Shown here: piece by piece, positions 29,195 to 39,258 of the stretch | Layout of the letters: each line of letters starts with the position of its first letter | How positions within the stretch are numbered: position 1 is the first letter of the stretch | Origin: an uncultured bacterium | GTDB taxonomy: Bacteria; Planctomycetota; UBA1135; GCA-002686595 | Length of the DNA stretch: 64,000 bases | Direction of reading: 5' to 3' | Assembly: GCA_943787795.1 (NCBI GenBank) | Contig: CALSNU010000002.1 | Coordinates: forward strand, 224,001-288,000 | Notes under the pieces: generated by a model | The model's input: the letters and a program-made list of their open reading frames with translations, nothing else | What the model was told of the DNA's origin: nothing | Database searches by the model: none | Made by a program: the position numbers and the translations under genes

Positions 29195-30352
29195 ATGACA
29201 AGAGCAGGCTTCCCCAGACGTCACGCCGTCATCGTGGGCGCCGGAGCGCTCGGTGGATGGACGGCGCTCCACCTCGGCCGGCTAGGGTGGGACGTGACCC
29301 TGGTGGACGCCTGGGGTCCTGGTAATGGCCGGGCGAGCTCCGGCGGAGAGACCCGTGTCATCCGGCGAGGCTACGGTCAGCGGCGCCACTACGTGCCGCT
29401 TGTCACCCGGGCCCTCGAGCTCTGGGCGGAGCTCGAGGCGGAGGCCCAGGTGCGCCTGCTGGATCGGCGCGGCGTGCTCTGGATGGCGAGCGAGCCCGGA
29501 GAGTTCGAGCTCGGTTCGGTCGACGCTTTCCGGGCCAACGGCGTCCCCTTCGAGGAGCTGGGTCGCGCTGAGCTCGAGGCGCGGTTCCCCTCGATCTGCG
29601 TCGCCGACGTGCCCTGGGCAGTGCACGAGCCGGACGCCGGCGCGCTCTTCGCCCGGCGCGGCTGCGAGGTGGTCTGGAGGGCTGTCGAGCGGGCAGGTGG
29701 CCAGACCCTCCTCTCCACGGCCCACCCCAACCTCGACAGGAAGGGAGACTGCCAGGGCGTTCGCCTCTCGGACGGGACGGCCCTCGACGCTGATGTCACG
29801 ATCTTCGCCGCTGGGCCCTGGATGGCCGGGCTCTTTCCCGACGCCCTCGGCGACCGGTTGAAGGTCACGCGCCAGGACGTCTTCTCGTTCGGTCCCCCGC
29901 CCGGAGCGGAGGCACACCAGAGGCTGCCCGTGTGGGCGGAGTACGCCTCCCGGCTCTTCGGGGACGACAGCTTCTGGTATGGCATCCCCGATGGGTTGAG
30001 CCGCGGGTTCAAGCTGGGCGAGGACACCCACGGCGGCGATTGGGACCCGACCCACGGCGATCGCGTGGTCGACCCCGCGCGGCTCGACCGCGCCCGCAGC
30101 TACCTCGCGCACCGCTTCCCTGGATTGGCAGACGCCCCGCTCATCGATGCCCGGGTCTGCCAGTACACGATGAGGAAGCGGTCGGACCTCCTGGTGGACC
30201 GGCACCCCGGAGCCGACCGACTCTGGCTCCTGGGCGGCGGCTCAGGGCACGGATACAAGCTGGGGCCCGCCATCGGAGAGATCGCTGCCAGGGCGATCAC
30301 CGACGACTCAGGCGTCCCTGAGACCCTGGGTGCGCTCCGGCTCCAGCCCTGA
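29195..30352 (+). CDS. FAD-dependent oxidoreductase, monomeric sarcosine oxidase/SolA family
   Basis: GAGALG, SSGGETRVIR, C.YT and GGSGHGYK motifs. Confidence 0.87.
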   Translation: MTRAGFPRRHAVIVGAGALGGWTALHLGRLGWDVTLVDAWGPGNGRASSGGETRVIRRGYGQRRHYVPLVTRALELWAELEAEAQVRLLDRRGVLWMASEPGEFELGSVDAFRANGVPFEELGRAELEARFPSICVADVPWAVHEPDAGALFARRGCEVVWRAVERAGGQTLLSTAHPNLDRKGDCQGVRLSDGTALDADVTIFAAGPWMAGLFPDALGDRLKVTRQDVFSFGPPPGAEAHQRLPVWAEYASRLFGDDSFWYGIPDGLSRGFKLGEDTHGGDWDPTHGDRVVDPARLDRARSYLAHRFPGLADAPLIDARVCQYTMRKRSDLLVDRHPGADRLWLLGGGSGHGYKLGPAIGEIAARAITDDSGVPETLGALRLQP

Positions 30353-30476
30353 TCCGACGGGCAGCCCCAGTTCCGACCGGGCCCCGACCGAGTCCCAACC
30401 TGCCGCTGGGCCGGGATCTTCAGGCCCAGCACGGGGACAGGCGAGCCATCGAGGCGCTGCTCGCGACCTCGACCGC

Positions 30477-31157
30477 TCAGTCGTTGAAGACGAAGAACCC
30501 GATCCCGCCAGGCTCACGCAAGACGATGTTCTCCGCCGGTGCGCTGTCGGTGCCGCCCACCTCCTCGAACACCGGGATCTCCCGCGCCCGGACCGCGGCG
30601 ATCACCCCGGCGTTTCGGCCGCCGTTGAAGTAGGTGAGCGAGGGGTTCGCGAAGGAGTGCGGGCACGCCAGCGGGCCCATGAAGCTGAGGTCTGCCAGCC
30701 CGTCCCGGCGAAGGGTCAACCACCCCTGATCCACGCCACCCGCTGCGACGCGCGCGTCGAGGAGCGCGCACCAGAAGGTGACGGAACGAGCGAGGCTCGG
30801 GGTCTCGATGGAGATGCCCGCGAAGCTCCCAAGGAGTGCCCCACGCGGGCCGATCTCCAGCTCGGGTTCCGGGCCGTCCACCACCCACAGAGGAACCCCC
30901 GAGGGCGCCGCGACAAGACGGCCGCCGTCGAAGGGCGCCGCCCCATGACGTGTCAGGAGCTCATCCGCCCCGCGGCCCAGCGCGCCTCGCCATACCCGGA
31001 CGCCGGCGCGGGCGCGAGGGGCGGTGTCCACGTGGATCACGGCGGCGCCGTCCGTCATGAGGCTCGACCCCTTGGAGACCGGCTCAAACCCGAGCCGGGT
31101 GAGGGACCTCGCCGAGACCTCGGGGTCGGGCGCTGGCGTGGTGAGGCAGAGGGTCAT
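30477..31157 (-). CDS. VOC/glyoxalase-fold protein
   Basis: Two beta-alpha-beta repeats (S....LGF; P.G), PSLTYF, ending REPGGIGFFVF. Confidence 0.6.
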   Translation of the reverse strand: MTLCLTTPAPDPEVSARSLTRLGFEPVSKGSSLMTDGAAVIHVDTAPRARAGVRVWRGALGRGADELLTRHGAAPFDGGRLVAAPSGVPLWVVDGPEPELEIGPRGALLGSFAGISIETPSLARSVTFWCALLDARVAAGGVDQGWLTLRRDGLADLSFMGPLACPHSFANPSLTYFNGGRNAGVIAAVRAREIPVFEEVGGTDSAPAENIVLREPGGIGFFVFND

Positions 31158-31444
31158 GGGGTGTGCAGGGTGTGCGGGGTGGCCGGGCCTGACGTCCTGT
31201 TACGAGGCGAGCCAAGGCGGCCAGGCAGGGTACCAGCCGCCCAACGGTCCAGCTCGGCTCGGGCCACCCCATGGACCGCCCACCACCACCGGCGATGCGG
31301 GACAGGACGAGAGGAATCGGCTCCGAGGGACCGGCCCCGAGGACCCCGCGACGGGGATGCTGCCGCCACAGCCCGCTCGCGAGCCGAAGCGCCGATCGTC
31401 GCCGAGGCTGCCGGTCCCGTCGCCAAGGCGCTACGCTCTCCCTC

Positions 31445-32443
31445 GTGGATCCGGGCAACGAGCAGGAAGAGAGCCGACTGAGGCTCCTCGCCGAGGGCGT
31501 CCTCGCCGGCGATCGAACCCAGCTCGCCCGGGCGATCACGCTGGTGGAGAGCACCCGCAGCGGAGATCAGGCCCTGGCGCAGCGGCTCCTGGAGGCCGTC
31601 TTGCCCGCGACGGGGAAGAGCCACCGGATCGGGATCAGCGGCGTGCCTGGGGTCGGGAAGAGCACGCTCATCGAACGCCTCGGTGGGCAGCTGGTGGACG
31701 ATGGGCACCGGGTCGCGGTCCTCGCGGTCGACCCCTCCAGCGCCCTGACTGGCGGCAGCATCCTCGGGGACAAGAGCCGCATGGACACGCTCGCCCGGCG
31801 CGAGGGTGCGTTCATCCGCCCCTCCCCCAGCGCAGCGACCCTGGGCGGCGTCGCCCGGCGAACACGGGAGACCCTGCTCCTCTGTGAGGCGGCGGGCTTT
31901 GACATCGTGCTGGTGGAGACCGTCGGCGTCGGCCAGAGCGAGACCGCCGCGCGCGACATGGTCGACACCTTTGTGGTGCTGCTGCTGCCTGGCGCCGGGG
32001 ACGAGCTGCAGGGCATCAAGAAGGGCATCCTCGAGGTGGGCGACGTCCTCGCCGTCAACAAGGCGGACGGCGACCGGGTGGCCCTCGCGCGCGCCGCGGC
32101 CCGAGACCACGAGGCGGCGCTCCGCTACCTGAGGCCGAGGGACGACCACTGGACGCCCTCAACCGTCGTCGTGAGCGCGGAGACCGGGTCGGGAATGGAG
32201 GAGCTCTGGGAGACCATCCACCGCCACCGAGCGTCCCTCGAGGAAGCCAACGTGCTGGAGGTCCGCCGGGGTGAGCAAGCCGCTCGCTGGATGTGGTCCA
32301 TCATCGAGGAGCGCCTGATGGCCGGCTTCTGCAACCACGGCGACGTTCAGACCATGCTCCGAGCGCTCGAGCACGACGTGAGGCAAGGCGCTGTCCCCCC
32401 CGGCGCCGCGGCAGCCCGCCTCCTCGAGGCCTACCGGAGCTGA
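31445..32443 (+). CDS. meaB: Methylmalonyl-CoA mutase-associated GTPase MeaB
   Basis: LARAITLVES, GVPGVGKST, AVDPSS..TGGSILGDK.RM, ETVGVGQSE, GDELQGIKKG, NKAD; the start is approximate. Confidence 0.93.
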   Translation: MDPGNEQEESRLRLLAEGVLAGDRTQLARAITLVESTRSGDQALAQRLLEAVLPATGKSHRIGISGVPGVGKSTLIERLGGQLVDDGHRVAVLAVDPSSALTGGSILGDKSRMDTLARREGAFIRPSPSAATLGGVARRTRETLLLCEAAGFDIVLVETVGVGQSETAARDMVDTFVVLLLPGAGDELQGIKKGILEVGDVLAVNKADGDRVALARAAARDHEAALRYLRPRDDHWTPSTVVVSAETGSGMEELWETIHRHRASLEEANVLEVRRGEQAARWMWSIIEERLMAGFCNHGDVQTMLRALEHDVRQGAVPPGAAAARLLEAYRS

Positions 32444-32457
32444 CCCCCTTCGTGGGT

Positions 32458-33780
32458 ATGGGAACACGGCACGGTGGGCAGCGGCGCTCGCCCACGGAGC
32501 GCCCGTGCGATCCATGGCTTTGGCTTCAGAGGCTCCTGTCCATCAGCCTCGTGGCCCTCGCCTCCTGCGGTCAAGAGCCTGCGAAGCCCGACAGCCAAGA
32601 CCTCGACGGGCGCGGCTGGGCCACGGACCAACCAGGTCTCTTCGGGTTCCGTCGGTCCACCCACGGCGCCGTTGAGATCGGAGAGCTCGGCTATGCGCCG
32701 GGTTCGACCCCAGCCCCCGCGGCCACCGGCCGCCTACGTTGGCGTCGCGGTCAGACCGAGGACGGGCTCAACCTGATGTGCTCGGGCGACGCCGCGGAGG
32801 CCGTGCTGCTCTCCATGGAGGGGCAGGTGGTTCACCGCTGGGCCAGGGCATACGCCGACCTCCCGGACGCGCCGCCCGCGGACGGTCCACATCAGTTGCC
32901 GTGGCGACGCGTCCGGCTTCTTAGCAACGGCGACCTGCTCGCGATCCACTCCGGACGGGCGCTGGTCTGCGTCGACCGAGACTCCGCGCTCCGCTGGGCG
33001 GTGATGGACCGCGTCCACCACGACCTCGACGTCGCGCCCGACGGCTCCATCCTGGCCCTGACCCGAACGGAGCGACTGGTCCCTCGGGTCAATCCGGCCG
33101 AGCCCGTCATCGATGACCTCGTCGTCCGATACTCGGCCGACGGAGAGCGCCTGAGCGCCGTCAGCCTCTGGGACGCCTTCGCCGCCTCGCCCTACGCGGA
33201 GCTCCTCGACCAGCTCACGGTGAGGACTGGCGACGTGATGCACGCCAACTCCGTCGACCTCCTCGACCCGGCGGAGGCCGAACGGCTCGCGGTCCCTGGC
33301 GTGGAAGCGGGGCAGGTGCTGGTCTGTCTCAGGGATCTGGACCTCGTCGTGGCGGTCGATCTCGACGCCGCGCGGTTCACCTGGCTCACCGGGGGTCCCG
33401 CCGTCTCCCGCTGGCGAGCCCCGCACGAGCCCTCGGTTGCCAGCGATGGCTCCATCCTGATCTTCGATAATCGTGGCGGCCTGGCCGAGACCTCCCGCAT
33501 CCTTCGGGTCGACCCGGCGACCGGCGCGATCCGGTGGCGGTGGGCAGCCGCGCCGCCCTCGGCCTTCGCCTCCTTCTTCTGCGGCACCGTCCAGGAGCTC
33601 CCCGGGGGCAATCTGCTGGTGGCAGAGTCGACGCAGGGGAGGGCCATCGAGATCGATGGGGAGCGCGGAGACGTCGTCTGGGAGTACGTGAGCCCGCGGG
33701 TGATCGGGGACTCGGACGAGCTGATCGCGGCCCTCTTCATGGCAGAGCGGCTCCCTCGCCCCGCCTGGCTCCAGCGTTGA
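32458..33780 (+). CDS. Arylsulfotransferase (ASST)-like beta-propeller lipoprotein
   Basis: LASC lipobox; HHD, D..HANS, PH.P, IFDN and Q.LP.GN.L..ES..GR motifs. Confidence 0.78.
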   Translation: MGTRHGGQRRSPTERPCDPWLWLQRLLSISLVALASCGQEPAKPDSQDLDGRGWATDQPGLFGFRRSTHGAVEIGELGYAPGSTPAPAATGRLRWRRGQTEDGLNLMCSGDAAEAVLLSMEGQVVHRWARAYADLPDAPPADGPHQLPWRRVRLLSNGDLLAIHSGRALVCVDRDSALRWAVMDRVHHDLDVAPDGSILALTRTERLVPRVNPAEPVIDDLVVRYSADGERLSAVSLWDAFAASPYAELLDQLTVRTGDVMHANSVDLLDPAEAERLAVPGVEAGQVLVCLRDLDLVVAVDLDAARFTWLTGGPAVSRWRAPHEPSVASDGSILIFDNRGGLAETSRILRVDPATGAIRWRWAAAPPSAFASFFCGTVQELPGGNLLVAESTQGRAIEIDGERGDVVWEYVSPRVIGDSDELIAALFMAERLPRPAWLQR

Positions 33781-33847
33781 GCTTCCGCTCGGGCGCAGCC
33801 CCCCCTTCCGCCACGGTCGCGGTGGGGCCAAGCCCACCAGGCCGTCC

Positions 33848-35125
33848 CTAGCGGTCTGCGCCGGCCTCGCCAGCCGTGCGCCCCGCCGGCTCGAGGGTGA
33901 TCTCAACCTCTCCGGACGGCTTGGCCACGCGTAGCACGAGCACCTCCCCGGGATCGAGTGCCCGAAGGACCGCCGTCAGCTCCGCTCGCTGACGCACCTC
34001 CTGGCCCATGGCGCTCACGATCACGTCGCGAACCACGAGGCGCTCCTCGAGGCCAGCGGAGCGCACGGTTTGCATGGCCCGCAGGCCCGCCACGGCGGCG
34101 GGCCCACCGTCGTCGACCTCGGCCACCACCAGGCCAACCTTCGGCGCCTGCGGCTCGTCACGGATCTTGCCCAGGAGCGCCTCACTGTTCACGTCACTCG
34201 CCGTGACAAACCCGAACCTCGGCTCCCACCGAAACCCCGACCTCATGATGGCTGGCACGACCTCCTGCAGCCGATCGACGGGCAGCGCGAAGCCCACGCC
34301 CACCTGCCGACGGGAGTCCGCGTGGATCGCCGCGTTCATCCCGATCATGCGGCCCTGATCGTCCAGCAGCATGCCGCCGGATGACCCCGGGTGCATCGCA
34401 GCATCAGTCTGGATCACACCGTCAATGAACTGCCCAGACTCGGATCGAATCCTGCGCCGGAGCCCACTGACGAAGCCGACCGAGAGAGAGTGGGCGAGGC
34501 CGTAGGGGCAGGAGACCGAGAAGACCTGGGCGCCGACCGCGAGGTCACTGGAGGAGCCCATGCGCACCGGGACGAGCCGCTCCGGAGGCGCGTCGATACG
34601 AACCACCGCGACGTCCGTCTTGGGGTCCACGCCCACGAGCTTCGCCTCCCACTCCGACCCATCGGCCAGCGTGACCAGCGCGGAGGTCGCGCCGTTGATG
34701 ACGTGCAGGCAGGTCACGACGTGACCCGTGCGATCCCAGACCCACCCAGACCCCGTCCCTGAGACGAACTCGGTCGCGTCGAAGTCGTTGCCCTCCACGT
34801 CACGGGAGCGAGTGGTGACGTGCACCACGGACGGGGAGGCGTCGGCGAAGATCGACTGCGCGAGGGTCAGAGCCCCGCGCTCTCGAGCCGACACCGGCCG
34901 GGGGAGGTCCGCTGGACCCGCCCCCTCCAGCCGCTGCTCGAGCGCGCCGGCGGCTGACCCGGGGCCGACGAGCCCGAAGCGGTCCGGGTAGATCCGGATC
35001 AGGACCAGCAGGCCCATGAGCGCCACGCTAAGCGTGGAGAGGAAGACCAGGAGCGCATCCCGGCGTCCCCCCGGGACGGCCGCCGCCTCCCGCGGGAGGG
35101 GCCCGAGTTCCTGCTCCTTGTCCAT
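33848..35125 (-). CDS. HtrA/DegP-like trypsin serine protease with PDZ domain
   Basis: GTGSG.VW, VTCLHV, DVAV, IQTDAA.HPGSSGG; N-terminal TM; PDZ domain. Confidence 0.88.
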   Translation of the reverse strand: MDKEQELGPLPREAAAVPGGRRDALLVFLSTLSVALMGLLVLIRIYPDRFGLVGPGSAAGALEQRLEGAGPADLPRPVSARERGALTLAQSIFADASPSVVHVTTRSRDVEGNDFDATEFVSGTGSGWVWDRTGHVVTCLHVINGATSALVTLADGSEWEAKLVGVDPKTDVAVVRIDAPPERLVPVRMGSSSDLAVGAQVFSVSCPYGLAHSLSVGFVSGLRRRIRSESGQFIDGVIQTDAAMHPGSSGGMLLDDQGRMIGMNAAIHADSRRQVGVGFALPVDRLQEVVPAIMRSGFRWEPRFGFVTASDVNSEALLGKIRDEPQAPKVGLVVAEVDDGGPAAVAGLRAMQTVRSAGLEERLVVRDVIVSAMGQEVRQRAELTAVLRALDPGEVLVLRVAKPSGEVEITLEPAGRTAGEAGADR

Positions 35126-35268
35126 CTGGGAGGAGGGTACGCACCGAGCCCCGCGCCTGTGAGCGCCCTTGCGTTGATCTGTCGAAGTCGGGGCACCCGG
35201 GATCAGGCAGAGAGAGGCCCCACCGCGTATCGTCCTCGCCCCAGCGCTTCCCTGCGTCGCTGCCGCCC

Positions 35269-36714
35269 TTGACCAAGACCCGAGAAGAACTGGGGGTGCT
35301 CTGCCGCCTGTCCCTGCCGATCCTGCTCACCAACGTGTGCTGGATGGCCATCGGCCTCGTGGACCTCCTGATGCTGGGCCGCTGGTCCAGCGAAGCGGTC
35401 GCCGCCGCGCTGCTCGCAGGCGTCTGGGTGCACCTGACCCAGGTGGCGGGCATGGGTCTGGTGATGGGCATCGACCCTATCGTGACCCAGGGCCATGGCG
35501 CCCGGGATCGAGAGGCCCTCGGGCGCGCGCTCCAGCGCGGCGTCATCGTCGCCCTGCTGGCCTCGGTCCCTGTCATCGGCCTGCGGTTCCTGACCGCCGA
35601 GCTCATCGAGGCGACCTGCAGCTTCGCCGAGTGGATCGCTGGGTCCGGTGACGTCGTCACGGCCGCCGGAATCGACGTGGAGAGCGCAGCACGGCTCGGC
35701 GGTCCAGGGGAGCGCTACGCCCTCAGCCAGTCCTTCGCGACGCCGTTCTTCCTCGTCTACATCGCCTTCAGGCAGCACCTACAGGGACGCGGGATCCTCA
35801 AGCCGGCGCTCGCCGTCGCCCTGATCGCGAACGTGGTCAACGTCTTCGCCAACTGGCTGCTGATCTTCGAGCTGGGGTGGGGCATCACGGGAGCCGGGAT
35901 CGCGACCGGGGCCACCCGGACCTTCATGTGCCTGGCCATCCTCTGGATGGTCCGCCGCCATCGTCTCCTCCGCGGCGCATGGGTCAGCTGGGACCGAGCG
36001 TCGCGCTCATGGGCTGGCATCGCCCGCGTCCTGCGCTACGGCATCCCCGTCGCGCTCCACCTGACCCTGGAGATGGGGGCCTTCGGGGCGACCACCTACC
36101 TCGCCGGCATGCTCGGGATCCAGGCCACCGTGGCCCACGGCGTGGTCATCAACATGGCGAGCATGACGTTCATGGTCCCGCTCGGTATCGCCCTCGCCGC
36201 CACGACACGGATCGGCAACCTGATCGGAGAGCGGCGCTTCGCTGATGCCCAGACCAGCGCGCAGCTCGCCCTCGCCCTCGGCGGCGTCGCCATGGCCGCC
36301 CTGGGCCTGCTCCTCTACGCCGGCAGGCACTGGCTCCCCTCCCTGTACATCCCCGATGACCCGGGCGCCCTCGCCATCGCCGCGGTCATCCTCCCCATCG
36401 CCGCCGCCTTCCAGGTGGTGGATGGCCTGCAGGTCGTCGGCGCCGGCATCCTGCGGGGAATGGGACGGACCGTCCCTCCGGCGGTCTTCAACTTCCTCGC
36501 CTGGTGGGTCATCGCCCTGCCGCTGGGGGGCTGGTTCGTCCTCAGGCGCGGCGGCGGCCTGGTCGAGGTTTGGTGGTCCCTCGCTCTCGGGCTCGGCGTC
36601 GTCGCCATCCTCGTGGTGGGCTGGGTCTTCAAGCGCGGTCCTGCGTCGCTCACCCCGCCACTTCCCCCACCGAGCGGCCCGCGCTCGGCTGAGCCAGAGC
36701 GGGATCGTCGGTGA
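35269..36714 (+). CDS. MATE family efflux transporter
   Basis: D..MLG, Q..GA, G..GAG.AT, G.P.....E, FQ..DG.Q....G.LRG.G motifs. Confidence 0.9.
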   Translation: MTKTREELGVLCRLSLPILLTNVCWMAIGLVDLLMLGRWSSEAVAAALLAGVWVHLTQVAGMGLVMGIDPIVTQGHGARDREALGRALQRGVIVALLASVPVIGLRFLTAELIEATCSFAEWIAGSGDVVTAAGIDVESAARLGGPGERYALSQSFATPFFLVYIAFRQHLQGRGILKPALAVALIANVVNVFANWLLIFELGWGITGAGIATGATRTFMCLAILWMVRRHRLLRGAWVSWDRASRSWAGIARVLRYGIPVALHLTLEMGAFGATTYLAGMLGIQATVAHGVVINMASMTFMVPLGIALAATTRIGNLIGERRFADAQTSAQLALALGGVAMAALGLLLYAGRHWLPSLYIPDDPGALAIAAVILPIAAAFQVVDGLQVVGAGILRGMGRTVPPAVFNFLAWWVIALPLGGWFVLRRGGGLVEVWWSLALGLGVVAILVVGWVFKRGPASLTPPLPPPSGPRSAEPERDRR

Positions 36715-36771
36715 GAGGAAGGTGAGAGGAACCGACCGGGGCCAGCGGACGTCCGGCTACGGTGGGCACCA

Positions 36772-37452
36772 ATGCGAATCCTCGTCGTTGAAGACTACGG
36801 TCCACTCCGCGGCCCCGTCGTGACGGCGCTCCGGGATGAAGGCTGGACCGTCGACGTCGCCGGGGACGGCGATACGGCCCTCCAGGCCATCGCGGGGCAA
36901 GAGCGGGACCTGGTGATCCTCGACCTGATGATCCCTGGCGTCGATGGCCTCAACGTCCTCAAGCGCACCCGCGCCACGGGCGACATGGTCCACATCTTGG
37001 TCATGACCGCACGCGACAGCGTCGAGGACCGGGTGCGGGCGCTCGACGCAGGCGCGGACGACTACCTGGTCAAGCCGTTCGCCATCGAGGAGCTCATCGC
37101 CCGGACCCGCGCGTTGCTACGTCGGAAGTTCCAGGTCAAGTCACCCACGATCCGAGTGGGTCCCCTGGTCGTCAGCACCGCGGATCGCGTGGTCAAGATG
37201 GACGACCGGGTCGTCGACCTGACGGCCCGGGAGTACGCCCTCCTCGAGTACTTCGCCCACAGGGCCAACGAGATCGTCACGCGATCCGAGGCTCACCTGA
37301 GCCTCTACGGAGAGCAGACACAGGCCAGCAGTAACGTCGTGGATGTGTACGTCGGGTACCTGCGCAAGAAGCTGGAAGCCGCCGGCGAGCCGCGCGTGCT
37401 CCACACGCGCCGCGGTCAGGGCTACATCCTCACGGCGCCGGATCAGCCCTGA
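36772..37452 (+). CDS. OmpR-family response regulator
   Basis: ILVVED, LDLM.P, GADDYLVKPF and a winged helix (VDVYV.YLRKKL). Confidence 0.93.
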   Translation: MRILVVEDYGPLRGPVVTALRDEGWTVDVAGDGDTALQAIAGQERDLVILDLMIPGVDGLNVLKRTRATGDMVHILVMTARDSVEDRVRALDAGADDYLVKPFAIEELIARTRALLRRKFQVKSPTIRVGPLVVSTADRVVKMDDRVVDLTAREYALLEYFAHRANEIVTRSEAHLSLYGEQTQASSNVVDVYVGYLRKKLEAAGEPRVLHTRRGQGYILTAPDQP

Positions 37453-38954
37453 TGGCCGCCAGCAGCATCCAGAGGCGCGTGGTGGTCAGCGCCACCGTCG
37501 CCATGACCGCGACGATCCTGGGATCCGGGGGGTTGATCTTCGAGGCCTACCGCAGCGGCGCGCGCTCGGACGGCGAGAACAGCCTCACCAGCATCATCGA
37601 GCTCGGCGCCGAACGGGCAGTGGCAGAGTCGATCTTCGCGACCCGCGCGGGGAACGCGTCGGTCCCACCCGAGCGGGCCGGCCCGCTGAGCCAGTACGCC
37701 TGGATCTGCTGGAGGGCCGGGGAGGCCGAGGAGCTGTGCCGCTCCACGGGCTTTCCGCCGGTGAAGGTCCCGCTGGTCGAGTCCCGGGAAGCAGGTGAGG
37801 AGGGCGCCGCGACCGGCCTGCAATTCGCCGAGATCGTGGGAGAAGACGGCCGGCATTACCGCATCGCGACGGCGTCGTTCGTGCCGCGCCTCAGGGGCCT
37901 CGCGTCGCTTCGCCGTGGGGAAGGCCGAGCCAGCCGACGCGACCGAGACCGTCGGGCGCCACGCCCCTCCGAGCCGCCCTTCCTGCCCGGGGACCAGTTC
38001 CTCGTTCTCGCGATGGCCCCAATGCAGGAGGAGTTCGAGCGGTCGGCCGAGCTCGCCAGGCTCATGCTGATTGGCGGCGCCGGGGCTCTGCTCGCGGCCA
38101 CCCTCCTCATCCGCTCCAGCGTGCGCCGAGGCATGGCACCCCTCGGAACGCTGACCCGGACCATCGAGGGAATCGGCGAGGGCAACCTCGACGAGTCGGT
38201 GCACCTCGCCGGAGCTCCGATCGAGCTCACCCCCATCGTGGACGCCCTGGAGCGATCGCGCGTCCAGCTCGCGCAGTCCTTCGCCCGGGAGCAACGCTTC
38301 ACGGACGACATCGCCCACGAGCTCCGTACGCCGCTCGCTGGCCTCCGAGCCGCCCTCGAGGTTGCCCTGCGCCGCAAGCGGAGCCCCGAGGAGCTGGAGG
38401 AGGTCCTGACCAACAACCTCTCTGCGGCCCTCGATCTCCAGCAGATCGTGGACAGCCTCCTGCTACTGCGACGCTCGGGGGCCGCCTCGGAGGACGCGCA
38501 GGGGGTGAATCTCCGGGAGGAGATGGAGCGCGCCTTTGAGGAGCTTGGGGAGGCCCTCGAGGCGAGGTCCCTCACCGTGGCGTTCCACGCTGAGGCAGGC
38601 GCCCCTCACCTTGGTCTCGGCGCGCCGGCCGTTGTGCGGCGGATCACCACGAACCTCGCGCGCAACGCGGTGGACCACGCCGATGTGGAGTCCACGATCT
38701 CCGTGACGACCCGCGCTGACTCCGAGTTCGCGACCCTGATCGTTGAGAATCCATCGGAGGGCATCCGCCAAGAGGCTGCCGACCGCGCCTTCGAACCGTT
38801 CTGGCAGGCGGACCAGGCCCGCAGCGCAGGCGACCAGCACGTCGGACTCGGGCTCGCGATCGTCGAGGGCTGCGCCTCTGCCCTCGGGGGCCGCGCGGCC
38901 GCGGCCACGGCCGACGGCACCTTCCGCATCACGATCGACTTGCCCCTCGCCTGA
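37452..38954 (+). CDS. Sensor histidine kinase (HAMP-HisKA-HATPase)
   Basis: AHELRTPL H-box, NL..NA, GLGLAIV; TGATG coupling to the regulator. Confidence 0.9.
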   Translation: MAASSIQRRVVVSATVAMTATILGSGGLIFEAYRSGARSDGENSLTSIIELGAERAVAESIFATRAGNASVPPERAGPLSQYAWICWRAGEAEELCRSTGFPPVKVPLVESREAGEEGAATGLQFAEIVGEDGRHYRIATASFVPRLRGLASLRRGEGRASRRDRDRRAPRPSEPPFLPGDQFLVLAMAPMQEEFERSAELARLMLIGGAGALLAATLLIRSSVRRGMAPLGTLTRTIEGIGEGNLDESVHLAGAPIELTPIVDALERSRVQLAQSFAREQRFTDDIAHELRTPLAGLRAALEVALRRKRSPEELEEVLTNNLSAALDLQQIVDSLLLLRRSGAASEDAQGVNLREEMERAFEELGEALEARSLTVAFHAEAGAPHLGLGAPAVVRRITTNLARNAVDHADVESTISVTTRADSEFATLIVENPSEGIRQEAADRAFEPFWQADQARSAGDQHVGLGLAIVEGCASALGGRAAAATADGTFRITIDLPLA

Positions 38955-39042
38955 CAGGCGAGCGCCAGCCTCCAGGGCTCGCCTGCGTGCCCGGCCGGCC
39001 TGCGAGCCCAAGGGGCACGCGCTGGTGGCGCTGCCTTCTGGA

Positions 39043-39140
39043 TCCACAGCTGGGTCCACAGCTGGGTCCACAGCTGGGTCCGCTGCCAGGTCCTCCGCGG
39101 GCTCCTCTCGCGGGCTCTTTGCTGGGCCCTTGCTGGGCTC
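39043..39140. repeat. 12-bp tandem repeat with a degenerate extension
   Basis: TCCACAGCTGGG at 39043, 39055 and 39067, followed by GCGGGCTC/GCTGGGC-like units. Confidence 0.75.
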
Positions 39141-39192
39141 TCGCGCCATGGCGCCAGTCGAGCACCGAGTCGCCTCCCCCCGGAGTATGAGA

Positions 39193-39232
39193 GAAGCGGG
39201 GCGTCGACCTCGAGAGATCGACGCCCCGCTTC
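39193..39232 (-). terminator. Hairpin between convergent genes
   Basis: GAAGCGGGGCGTCGA / TCGACGCCCCGCTTC perfect 15-bp arms. Confidence 0.7.
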
Positions 39233-39258
39233 CCGGAGTCGCCCTCACGCTTGGCAGG

